This document shows, piece after piece, positions 40,395-48,832 of a stretch of DNA of 64,000 nucleotides. The stretch covers positions 185,488 to 249,487 of the forward strand of contig DLSM01000006.1 of NCBI GenBank assembly GCA_002500135.1, given 5' to 3'. This DNA is from Christensenella sp. UBA7862. Its GTDB lineage: Bacteria; Bacillota; Clostridia; Christensenellales; UBA1242. Under the pieces are notes generated by a model that saw only the letters and a program-made list of their open reading frames with translations, was not told where the DNA came from and did no database searches. The translations under genes were made by a program, and so were the position numbers. The stretch's first letter is position 1, and each line of letters starts with the position of its first letter.

Positions 40395-40483
40395 AAAACA
40401 AAAAAAGGCTTTCGCCTTTTCATGCTCTTCACGCTGAAGAATGCTTAGAATAACATTTATTTGAACTCGTTATGTTATTTTGC
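40395..40483 (-). ncRNA. tracrRNA: tracrRNA (predicted, about 89 nt)
   Basis: Minus-strand sequence: CAAAAUAACAUAAC-GAGU-UCAAAU (40482-40459). It pairs with crRNA repeat nt 1-22 (GUUUGA-GA-GUUAUGUUAUUUUG). The duplex has a 6-bp lower stem with a terminal G-U, a 2-nt/4-nt bulge and a 14-bp upper stem, the same architecture as the S. pyogenes duplex. Downstream come an AUGUUA-UUC-UAAGCAU nexus-like hairpin, a UCUUCA-GCG-UGAAGA hairpin, and a terminator AAAAGGC-GAAA-GCCUUUUUUU (40420-40400). Confidence 0.8.
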
Positions 40484-40489
40484 AATGTT

Positions 40490-40518
40490 AGTTTATCACA
40501 GACAAAGGAGGTTGTCAA
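40490..40518 (-). promoter_or_regulatory. tracrRNA promoter
   Basis: On the minus strand: TTGACA (40518-40513), 17 nt, then TAAACT (40495-40490). The predicted TSS near 40483 is immediately 5' of the anti-repeat. The -35 lies between the cas9 SD and its ATG on the opposite strand. Confidence 0.6.
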
Positions 40519-40523
40519 CTAAA

Positions 40524-43500
40524 ATGGATAAAGTGGACAAAAATTTTTATTTAGGATTGGATATCGGGACGGACAGCTGTGGTTGGGCTCTTACAGATGA
40601 GGATTATAATGTCGTCAGAGTGAAAGGGAAAAAGGCCTGGGGTGTTAGGCTTTTTGATGATGCCGAAGTGGCAAAAGAGAGAAGAACAAAACGAACAGCA
40701 AGAAGGCGTCTTCAAAGAAAAATACTTCAAGCGGAATGGCTGAGAGAGATTTTTTCGAATGAAGTTGAAAAGACTGACCCGAAATTTTTTGATAGGCTTA
40801 AATATAGTAATCTTTTTAGAGAAGATAAAGAGTTGATGGGAATAAACAGTAAGTATTCGCTGTTTAATGATGTGTTAAAACAAGTTTACACAGACAAAGA
40901 ATATTATGCAAAATATAGAACAGTTTATCACTTGCGAGAAGAGTTATTGGAAAAACCTGCAGATGATATAAGACTTTTGTATCTTGCTGTTCATAGCTTT
41001 CTGACACACAGGGGGCACTTCTTATATGAAACGGCGGAAGCGGATAAAATAGATATAACAGCAATGTATAACGATGTCCTTTCAAAACTTAACGAACTAG
41101 AATTTGAAAATGGACAAATTTTTAGCTTGAGCGAGGTTGAAGAAAAGGTATTTACCGATTTATTGGAGAACTTTAAGGAAGGGCTATCTCTAAGAGAAAT
41201 TAAAGAAAATTTTTCCAATAATATTGGGGCGAAAAACAAAAGAGAAAAAGACCTTGCAAAAATTATTATCTCTGGCAAGTTCAAGTTGAAGGACTTGTTT
41301 GAAGTGGATAAGGAAGATAATATTGATGTTGATTTTTCAAGTGAAAAATATGAACAAGAAACTTATGGAAAAATCTCGGAAATTCTGGGTGATGATGAGA
41401 AACTTGCTATAGTGGACAAGTTCCAAAATATTTACTCATCTATTCAACTTAAAAAACTTCTTGGAGAACATAAGTATATAAGTCAAGCAATGGTTGCGAA
41501 ATATGAACTTCACAACAAACAACTCAAAGAATTCAAGAATTTTATTTCAAAATATTATCCTTCAAAAAAGTCATACATATTTAGAAATGCTGGCAATGGT
41601 GATAAACTTGTTGTAAACAACTATGCTCATTATGTTTATCAGACATTAACTGGTGGGAAGAAACAAGTAATGCAAAAACGAGCAGCAAAGGACAATTTCT
41701 ATTCATTTGTAAAAAAGATTTTGGAGCAAGAGCCAGAAATCCCTGTTGATCAAAATTTTGAGGAATATAAAGAATATGTTATAAGCCTTATGGATAAGGG
41801 TGAATTTTTGCAAAAAATTCGCAGCCATGATAATACAGTTTTGCCAAATAGTCTTTATATGTCTGAACTGAAAAAGATACTTGAGGTTAGTTTCCAAAAA
41901 TTTGATTTTTTAAAAACTATAGACGAAACAGGACTCAGTGGAAAGGAAAAGATTTTGCAAATTATATCCTTTAGAGTGCCATATTTTGTTGGACCTATAG
42001 GGGATTCAAAACCAGAATTTAGTTGGGCGGAAAGGAAAGAAGATATGTCGCTTCGTCCATGGAATTTAAGCAAAATTATTGACTTAAACAAGGCGGAAGA
42101 TGGGTTTATCCAGAGAATGACAAATAAATGCACTTATTTAAAGGATAAAGATGTTTTGCCAAAAGATTCTATTTTGTATTCCAAGTTTAGAGTTCTTAAC
42201 GAACTAAATAACTTGAAAATAGATGGCAATTCAATTTCGGTCGCAGTTAAGCAATCTATATTTAACAATTTATTTAAAAAAGAAAAGAAAGTTTCGACTA
42301 AAAAACTTTTGAACTTTTTAGCAGCAGAGAATGTAATTTCTGCTGATGATATTAAAAATGTTTCCATAACTGGGATAGATAAAGAATTTGCAAACAATTA
42401 TGCAAGTTTTGTTACATTTTCAAATAGATTCGGAGAGGAATTTGTTGAGAAAAATATTGATATCTTTGAAAAAATTATCAAATATCACACAATTATATCC
42501 GATAAATCTCGGCTGCAAGAAAGAATAAAAAGAGAGTTTGATATTTTCACTGATGACGATATAAAGTGGCTGAAGTCGCTTAACTTTTCGAAATGGGGCA
42601 GACTATCAAGAGAGTTTTTGGAGGAAATACTTTTTGCCGATAGGAGAAAGCAAGAAGACTTGACTGTAAAAGAAAATTTTAGTGATAGATATGTTGAAAA
42701 ACTTGATAATGGTGAAGTCTATTCCGTTATTGAAGCATTGTGGGAAACAAATAATAACTTGCAACAGTTGTTTGATAGAACCAACTATACACTTGGAGAT
42801 ATGATTGAGCAGACTGAGCAAAAGCTTGGACGGGATTTGACTTATTTGGATGTTGATGAAATGTATTGTTCGCCAGCAGTAAAAAGGGGTGCGTGGCAAG
42901 CAATAAAGATAATAAATGAAATAAAATCTGCGATTGGAAAATATCCAGATAAAATATTTGTTGAGGTAACGAGGCATGACAGTGTAAAGGGAGAAAAGGG
43001 TCGAAAAGATTCCAGAAAGAGAAACCTTGAGAAATTATATAACGATTCGAAACTTAAAGAAATGTGCAAACAGTTTAGTCTTGAATACAACACGCTTATA
43101 AATGAACTTAACAAAAGTGATGTATCAAATCTTCGCAGCGACAAATTGTTCCTTTATTTCTTGCAACTTGGCAAATGTATGTATACTGGTGAGCCAATAG
43201 AAATTGCCGATTTATATGATGACAATAAATATAACGTGGACCACATTATTCCACAAAGTAAAATTAAAGATGATAGTCTTAACAATAAAGTTCTTGTTAA
43301 AATGATTGCCAATAAGGAAAAGGATAACTATTATCCAATAAGTGATATAAAACCAGAGTGGCAAATTAGACAAAAACATTTTTGGCATATGTTAAAAGAT
43401 AGGGGGTTGTTGTCTGCTGAAAAACTTTCGAGACTGGAAAGAACAGAGCCATTTAATGAGAGGGAAGAGATTGATTTTGTTAATAGGCAGTTGGTCGAAA

Positions 43501-44789
43501 CCAATCAAGAATCAAAAGCAGTCATAGACCTTTTAAGAAAAGTTGTTGATAATCCAACAGATATTATTTTCTCAAAGGCAAATGCTGTAAGTGATTTTAG
43601 AAAAAAATACGAAATATATAAATCAAGAGAAGTAAACTCTTTGCACCATGCAAAAGACGCTTATCTTAATGTAGTCGTGGGGAATGTTATATATAACAGA
43701 TTTACAGCAAGATTTTGGGATAGAAGAGATAATGATAAAAATTCAAGAGAACATGTAACAAGAAATTATACTAAATTATTCGAAGGAAATGTTTGGTCAT
43801 GCAGAGGAGATAATCTTGTATGGAACAAGGATAGAGATCTTACTAGAGTTAAAGCTCAATGCGAACAAAATAACTGTATAGTATCTGTGATGCCATATGT
43901 AAACAGCAATGGAAAATTCTACAATGATACAGTTTATAAGAGTAAGAAAAAAGACCCAAATACAAGTGCAAGTTTTGCTTTGAAAGGTGAAGGAAAACTT
44001 TTGAGTGATATAGAAAAGTATGGTGGCTACAACAGCCTTAGCGGAGCATACTTCATGGTTGTCGAAAGTGAAGGGAAAAATGGGAAAATAAAGAAAACTA
44101 TTGAAACTGTGCCTATCATAATTGAATATAAATATAGAAATGACCCAGACAAGCAAGAAAAAATAATAAAATACCTTGAGGAACAGAATAACATAAAAAT
44201 CACAAAAGTCATTATGTCTGTCCTTAAATACAAATCAACTCTTAATATAGGTGGCGGACTTTATACATTGACGGGAAAGACCAACAATTCGCTTATGATT
44301 TCAAATCAAATTCAATGGCACATTAACAATAAAAATACAGCATATGTTAAAACTCTCGAAAAATATCTCTCAATGTCTGACTCAACCAAGGAGAAACTTG
44401 CAAAAGCTGATGACTACATTGTTGTTTCCCCAGGCATCAAAGATAAAACTCAAGAGGTTAGAATTACAAGACAGGAGAATATTGAGCTATATGACCTTGT
44501 CATTAGACAACTTAAGAAAAAAATATATAACATAAGTTCCATCAAAGGAGTGCTGAATACTTTGGAAAATTCAAGGAGAAAATTTAATCTTTTGAATTTA
44601 GACGAACAAGTAAAGCAGTTAAACAATATTATCCGGTATCTTGGCGGGAGTTATTCAGTCGATTTGATTCTTCTTGGCGGAGTTGGGCGAGCGGGGGCAA
44701 CGACAATAGGTAAAAACATCACTGACCTAGATGTAAAGGTGATTGTTCAATCGGCATCAGGATTAAAAAGAAAGGAAATAAAGTTATAA
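40524..44789 (+). CDS. cas9: Type II-A Cas9 (1,421 aa)
   Basis: RuvC-I is LGLDIGTDSCGWAL. The Arg-rich bridge helix is RRTKRTARRRLQRK. HNH is YNVDHIIPQSKIKDDSLNNKVLV. RuvC-III is LHHAKDAYLNVVVG. The start is taken at ATG 40524, 12 nt after AAGGAGG. The ORF-track start at 40461 would translate the anti-repeat. Confidence 0.97.
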   Translation: MDKVDKNFYLGLDIGTDSCGWALTDEDYNVVRVKGKKAWGVRLFDDAEVAKERRTKRTARRRLQRKILQAEWLREIFSNEVEKTDPKFFDRLKYSNLFREDKELMGINSKYSLFNDVLKQVYTDKEYYAKYRTVYHLREELLEKPADDIRLLYLAVHSFLTHRGHFLYETAEADKIDITAMYNDVLSKLNELEFENGQIFSLSEVEEKVFTDLLENFKEGLSLREIKENFSNNIGAKNKREKDLAKIIISGKFKLKDLFEVDKEDNIDVDFSSEKYEQETYGKISEILGDDEKLAIVDKFQNIYSSIQLKKLLGEHKYISQAMVAKYELHNKQLKEFKNFISKYYPSKKSYIFRNAGNGDKLVVNNYAHYVYQTLTGGKKQVMQKRAAKDNFYSFVKKILEQEPEIPVDQNFEEYKEYVISLMDKGEFLQKIRSHDNTVLPNSLYMSELKKILEVSFQKFDFLKTIDETGLSGKEKILQIISFRVPYFVGPIGDSKPEFSWAERKEDMSLRPWNLSKIIDLNKAEDGFIQRMTNKCTYLKDKDVLPKDSILYSKFRVLNELNNLKIDGNSISVAVKQSIFNNLFKKEKKVSTKKLLNFLAAENVISADDIKNVSITGIDKEFANNYASFVTFSNRFGEEFVEKNIDIFEKIIKYHTIISDKSRLQERIKREFDIFTDDDIKWLKSLNFSKWGRLSREFLEEILFADRRKQEDLTVKENFSDRYVEKLDNGEVYSVIEALWETNNNLQQLFDRTNYTLGDMIEQTEQKLGRDLTYLDVDEMYCSPAVKRGAWQAIKIINEIKSAIGKYPDKIFVEVTRHDSVKGEKGRKDSRKRNLEKLYNDSKLKEMCKQFSLEYNTLINELNKSDVSNLRSDKLFLYFLQLGKCMYTGEPIEIADLYDDNKYNVDHIIPQSKIKDDSLNNKVLVKMIANKEKDNYYPISDIKPEWQIRQKHFWHMLKDRGLLSAEKLSRLERTEPFNEREEIDFVNRQLVETNQESKAVIDLLRKVVDNPTDIIFSKANAVSDFRKKYEIYKSREVNSLHHAKDAYLNVVVGNVIYNRFTARFWDRRDNDKNSREHVTRNYTKLFEGNVWSCRGDNLVWNKDRDLTRVKAQCEQNNCIVSVMPYVNSNGKFYNDTVYKSKKKDPNTSASFALKGEGKLLSDIEKYGGYNSLSGAYFMVVESEGKNGKIKKTIETVPIIIEYKYRNDPDKQEKIIKYLEEQNNIKITKVIMSVLKYKSTLNIGGGLYTLTGKTNNSLMISNQIQWHINNKNTAYVKTLEKYLSMSDSTKEKLAKADDYIVVSPGIKDKTQEVRITRQENIELYDLVIRQLKKKIYNISSIKGVLNTLENSRRKFNLLNLDEQVKQLNNIIRYLGGSYSVDLILLGGVGRAGATTIGKNITDLDVKVIVQSASGLKRKEIKL

Positions 44790-45649
44790 TGAGTTTTAGA
44801 ACAGTTGTTATAAAAAACCGCTCAAAACTTGACTTAAATTTAAACTATCTCGTGTGCAGAAGTGAGGACGAGAAAAAGGTTTATATTCCAGAAATATCAG
44901 TCCTAATTTTGGAATCAACTGCAATTTCGCTCACGACTGCACTCATAAGCGAACTTGTAAAGAACAATGTAAAAATAATCTTTTGTGACGAAAAGCACAA
45001 TCCAGAAAGTGAGTTAGCCCCATATTATGGGGCTCATAACTCACCCAGTGTTGTGTCAAGGCAGATTAACTGGAATGTCTTTAATAAACAGAAGATTTGG
45101 ACAAGCATTGTGAAAAGCAAAATTTCAAAACAACGCAATTTTCTTATGATTCTTGGATATGATGAGGAAGCAAATATGCTTGATGAATATATAAACGAAT
45201 TGCAACTCAATGACAGCACAAATAGGGAAGGACATGCTGCAAAAGTATATTTTAATGCTGTATGGGGTATGGATTTCTCTCGCCGTGTTGAAGGTTATGT
45301 AAACAGTGCATTAAATTATGGATATGCAGTCTTGTTGTCTTGCTTTAATAGAGCAATTGTGGCAAAGGGCTATCTTACTCAACTTGGAATTTGGCATAAA
45401 AATGAATTCAATGAGTTTAACCTCGCTTGCGACCTTATGGAGCCGTTTAGAATTTTAATTGATAAAATGGTTTGTCTTCTGGAGCCAAGTGCAAAAGATT
45501 ATAAAAGAAAGATTTTAGAGATTTTTGATTTGAAACTAAAAATCGATGGAAAGGAACAGTTCTTTGAAAATGCAATTTCAATTTATGTGCAATCAGTTTT
45601 TGATGCAATAGAAAGTGGAGATGAAAGACTAATTAAAATGTATGAGTAA
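44789..45649 (+). CDS. cas1: CRISPR-associated integrase Cas1 (II-A type, 286 aa)
   Basis: Its position, size and start overlapping the cas9 stop (TAATG) support the call. So does the C-terminal alpha-helical region with NYGYAVLLSCF...GIWH...FNLACDLMEPFR. Confidence 0.93.
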   Translation: MSFRTVVIKNRSKLDLNLNYLVCRSEDEKKVYIPEISVLILESTAISLTTALISELVKNNVKIIFCDEKHNPESELAPYYGAHNSPSVVSRQINWNVFNKQKIWTSIVKSKISKQRNFLMILGYDEEANMLDEYINELQLNDSTNREGHAAKVYFNAVWGMDFSRRVEGYVNSALNYGYAVLLSCFNRAIVAKGYLTQLGIWHKNEFNEFNLACDLMEPFRILIDKMVCLLEPSAKDYKRKILEIFDLKLKIDGKEQFFENAISIYVQSVFDAIESGDERLIKMYE

Positions 45650-45962
45650 CAGATTTATGAGAATTATGATTTTTTTTGATTTGCCAACCCTTACGGCAAA
45701 AGACCTTGTTGACTATAGAAGATTTAGAAAATTTTTAATAAAAAATGGATTTATTATGATGCAAGAATCCATTTATTCTAGGCTTGTCATAAACAGAAAC
45801 TCTCTTTCATTGGTCAAAAAGAAAGTAAAAGATAATTTACCTTCAAGCGGAAATGTTCAACTTCTGGAGGTGACGGAAAAACAGTTTGCAAGCATTGAAT
45901 ATTTGCGCGGGAAATCTCAGAAGAAAATTGTGGATAGCGAAGATAGGGTGGTGGAATTATGA
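45642..45962 (+). CDS. cas2: Cas2 (106 aa)
   Basis: MRIMIFFDLPT...ESIYSRLV ferredoxin-like Cas2 pattern. It overlaps cas1 by 8 nt. Confidence 0.9.
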   Translation: MSNRFMRIMIFFDLPTLTAKDLVDYRRFRKFLIKNGFIMMQESIYSRLVINRNSLSLVKKKVKDNLPSSGNVQLLEVTEKQFASIEYLRGKSQKKIVDSEDRVVEL

Positions 45963-46624
45963 AACTTATCAATAACCGATATTCCTTTAAAATGGATTTT
46001 GATATAACAAATAACTATCTTTTTGTCATAGAAAATGCAAAAGAATATAGAAGAGTATGCTTTGAATTGTTTGACGAGTTCAATGGGGTACAAAATAGTG
46101 ATTTTGTCCTTTCTGAAAATGCAAATATTTTGGCGATGACAAAAAACATGCTGTTATTCTGCGATTATTTCTCTCTTGATATAAATAATAAAAAAAATAT
46201 AAACGAAATAAATAACAGAATTCAAGAGCAACTTCAGACTTATGATTTCGCAGAAAAAATGTGCCAGATAAACAAACTCATTTTGGAAATAAACGATGAA
46301 ATTTTAGATAACTTTGATTTTAAAATTACATATGACGAAGAGTTTGGAACAGATAAACTTATAAAAATCTCTAACTATAGAATTTCTGAATCAAATGACT
46401 TTTTAGAGAAAATAATCGCGTATATAAAGATTTACTCAAGCTTAAAGCCCATAAAATTTGTTATTTTTATAGGGCTGATGCAATTTTTAACAAAAGACGA
46501 AATCCAAACTCTTGCCAAAAATATTGAGTATCTTGGACTTGGGCTTTTGCTTGTCGAAAGAAATGATTGTAAACTGGAAAATTTCAAAAGAATTCTCATT
46601 GACAACGACCTTTGTGAAATTTGA
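45959..46624 (+). CDS. csn2: Csn2 (short, about 220-aa family), the type II-A signature
   Basis: An ATGA overlap with cas2, a length of 221 aa, and its position as the last cas gene before the leader support the call. The sequence is very AT-rich and Lys/Asn/Ile-rich, as in Csn2 family 1. Confidence 0.8.
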   Translation: MKLINNRYSFKMDFDITNNYLFVIENAKEYRRVCFELFDEFNGVQNSDFVLSENANILAMTKNMLLFCDYFSLDINNKKNINEINNRIQEQLQTYDFAEKMCQINKLILEINDEILDNFDFKITYDEEFGTDKLIKISNYRISESNDFLEKIIAYIKIYSSLKPIKFVIFIGLMQFLTKDEIQTLAKNIEYLGLGLLLVERNDCKLENFKRILIDNDLCEI

Positions 46625-46729
46625 TGATTATATTAGTTGCAAAAGATGAAAGACCGTGATATAATAAAATTATCAATAACTTATTGACAAAATAAAATGT
46701 TGATAGCATAAATAATTCTTTAATTTGAG
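46625..46729 (+). promoter_or_regulatory. CRISPR leader with a pre-crRNA promoter
   Basis: TTGCAA (46637-46642), 17 nt, then TATAAT (46660-46665). A second candidate is TTGACA (46684-46689), 18 nt, then ATAAAT. The leader ends in ATTTGAG directly abutting repeat 1. Confidence 0.7.
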
Positions 46730-47689
46730 GTTTGAGAGTTATGTTATTTTGTCTATAAGTAAAACAAAAATGAATTTTTATATGCAGAATATTATGTTTG
46801 AGAGTTATGTTATTTTGTCTATAAGTAAAACAACACGAAAAGCAACCCCGCCAGCAACTGCGTTTGAGAGTTATGTTATTTTGTCTATAAGTAAAACGGG
46901 ACGGCAACCCGCTTGTAGCAGCTCCATGTTTGAGAGTTATGTTATTTTGTCTATAAGTAAAACCGCCAATAAGTTATATATATATAACTTAACGTTTGAG
47001 AGTTATGTTATTTTGTCTATAAGTAAAACCGATTGAGTTATCAAAACTTTATAACTCAAGTTTGAGAGTTATGTTATTTTGTCTATAAGTAAAACTTAGC
47101 GTGTTACAAAAACGACACGACCGCCGTTTGAGAGTTATGTTATTTTGTCTATAAGTAAAACTCTATATTAAAGATAAAGACTATAAAATGTGTTTGAGAG
47201 TTATGTTATTTTGTCTATAAGTAAAACCATCACATTAACGCAGGATGACTTACAACTGTTTGAGAGTTATGTTATTTTGTCTATAAGTAAAACCAAGATG
47301 TTGAGAGAAAAGAAAAGCAAAACGTTTGAGAGTTATGTTATTTTGTCTATAAGTAAAACATATAACTATTTTTTGTCGTTATTTTGTCAGTTTGAGAGTT
47401 ATGTTATTTTGTCTATAAGTAAAACTTTAAAACAATGAGCAATATTGCTATCTATGTTTGAGAGTTATGTTATTTTGTCTATAAGTAAAACAAGGTGACC
47501 CTTCGGCAGGGTCTTCGGTGTGTTTGAGAGTTATGTTATTTTGTCTATAAGTAAAACTGAGGGAATAAAATATGGAACTCTTTTGTAGTTTGAGAGTTAT
47601 GTTATTTTGTCTATAAGTAAAACTGAAGAGTTATTATTATTTATTAAAGCAAGGTTTGAGAGTTATGTTATTTTGTCTATAAGTAAAAC
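46730..47689 (+). CRISPR. Type II-A CRISPR array: 15 repeats x 36 nt and 14 spacers x 30 nt
   Basis: The repeat is GTTTGAGAGTTATGTTATTTTGTCTATAAGTAAAAC, at 46730 + 66n (n = 0-14). All 15 copies are identical, including the terminal one. Every spacer is exactly 30 nt. Confidence 0.99.
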
Positions 47690-47749
47690 ATTTGCTAATA
47701 CAATATCACCATACAAAATTTTTTTACGAAAAATATTGAAGAATAGATA

Positions 47750-47790
47750 AAAAAAGTTTAAGGGATTGTAACCTTAGACTTTTTATTTTT
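47750..47790 (+). terminator. Terminator downstream of the array
   Basis: AGTTTAAGG (47755-47763) pairs with CCTTAGACT (47772-47780). The stem is 9 bp including one G-U, flanked by an A-run and TTTTATTTTT. Confidence 0.65.
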
Positions 47791-47856
47791 CCAAAACCTT
47801 TCAAAAATATTGATTATTTGATTGCAGAAAAAGTGTGAGGGTGATATAATTTAGAT

Positions 47857-48684
47857 ATGAAGAGATGCATGGGAAGAATAATGGACAAGAGAAAGTACAG
47901 AGGGCTGTGTGCGGCGAAGCGGGTGAGGACTCAGTTTATGTTTGCTGACTATGACACCATGACTGACGTGCAAGCCGTCACGCTTATGCTTTCTTTTGTG
48001 ACACCATGCAATGATTGCAGCGAAATTGCTGAAAGGTTGATAGCAAAATTTGGCTCATTGGCGAAGGTTCTTGAAGCGGATAAAGAAGAATTGAAAACTG
48101 TGAATGGCACCAGCAGCCATGTTGCAGAATTCATTAAATTTTGTTCCAGTTTGCCAGAGTTATATGCTGAATGTGACGACCGAAGACGAATAGTGTTTGA
48201 CAGCATAACAGCAGCTGTCGACTATGCCAGTGACATTCTCAACCTTGAGGAAGAGGGCTATTATTATTTCTGCTTAAACGCAAAAAATGAACTTTTGTAT
48301 TTCAATTCCATGGGAGATTTTCCAATTGGGAAAATGTTCACAACGAATAGGGAAATGTTTAAACAAATATTAAAATTCCCAACCAAAAACGTCCTCATTT
48401 GCCATGTGCTCCCTAAAGGTGAACCAAAACCAAAAACATGGGAAATTAGATTTACAAGAGAACTGAGAGATTTGCTCGCAACAGTCAGAATAGGACTAAC
48501 CGACCACATCATCATAACAAAAGATAAGCACTTCAGCTTCTACAGAATAGGGCTATTAAAACCCGATTGCCCGAAATCTCTTGATGACGAGTTCTTTGAC
48601 ATAAACGCCGAACTATTTGGTGACGATCTCCGCTGCCAAGCCTACAGCGAAAAACGAAACAAAAAGAAGAAAAAGGTGATGTGA
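47857..48684 (+). CDS. RadC-like (UPF0758) protein with a degenerate JAB/JAMM motif (275 aa; start uncertain at 47857, 47869 or 47881)
   Basis: The N-terminal HhH-type segment is IAERLIAKFGSLAKVLEADKEELKTVNG. In the C-terminal JAB region, VLICHVLPKGEPKPKTWEIRFTRELRDLLATVRIGLTDHIIIT, the canonical HNHPSG...S..D is replaced by CHVLPKG...KTWE. TTGCAG-17-TATAAT (47821-47849) ends only 7 nt before the first ATG. Confidence 0.7.
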   Translation: MKRCMGRIMDKRKYRGLCAAKRVRTQFMFADYDTMTDVQAVTLMLSFVTPCNDCSEIAERLIAKFGSLAKVLEADKEELKTVNGTSSHVAEFIKFCSSLPELYAECDDRRRIVFDSITAAVDYASDILNLEEEGYYYFCLNAKNELLYFNSMGDFPIGKMFTTNREMFKQILKFPTKNVLICHVLPKGEPKPKTWEIRFTRELRDLLATVRIGLTDHIIITKDKHFSFYRIGLLKPDCPKSLDDEFFDINAELFGDDLRCQAYSEKRNKKKKKVM

Positions 48685-48722
48685 AAAAACAAACTCTACC
48701 AATAGTAGAGTTTGTTTTTTTT
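48684..48722 (+). terminator. Terminator of the radC-like gene
   Basis: ACAAACTCTAC-CAATA-GTAGAGTTTGT is an 11-bp stem followed by a T7 run. Confidence 0.85.
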
Positions 48723-48770
48723 GTGTATTAGGATATGTTTGTAAAGGAATAGATTTATTTCATTTTATAA

Positions 48771-48825
48771 AATAATACAACACTTTGTGTTGTAAGTCAA
48801 GAATAATACATCACTTTGTGGTATA
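48771..48825 (+). promoter_or_regulatory. Tandem operator-like repeats overlapping the XRE gene promoter
   Basis: AATAATACAACACTTTGTGTTGTA (48771-48794) contains the perfect 19-bp palindrome TACAACAC-TTT-GTGTTGTA. A second copy, AATAATACATCACTTTGTGGTATA (48802-48825), matches at 21/24 and lies 31 bp away. The second copy overlaps the extended -10 TGgTATAAA (48819-48827). Confidence 0.6.
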
Positions 48826-48832
48826 AAATAAA

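Noticed and set aside
40461-40523. N-terminal extension of Cas9 (MNSLCYFAMLVYHRQRRLSTK) proposed by the ORF track
   Set aside because: The extension has no RBS and overlaps the tracrRNA anti-repeat and promoter. AAGGAGG precedes the ATG at 40524, and MDKVDKNFYLGLDIGTDS is a typical Cas9 N-terminus.
46596-47438. Three ORFs in the track (46596-46907 minus, 46725-47036 plus, 47190-47438 plus) with repeating FESYVILSISKT / FTYRQNNITLK peptides
   Set aside because: They are translations of the CRISPR repeat-spacer array. The periodic peptide is the 36-nt repeat read in frame, not a gene.
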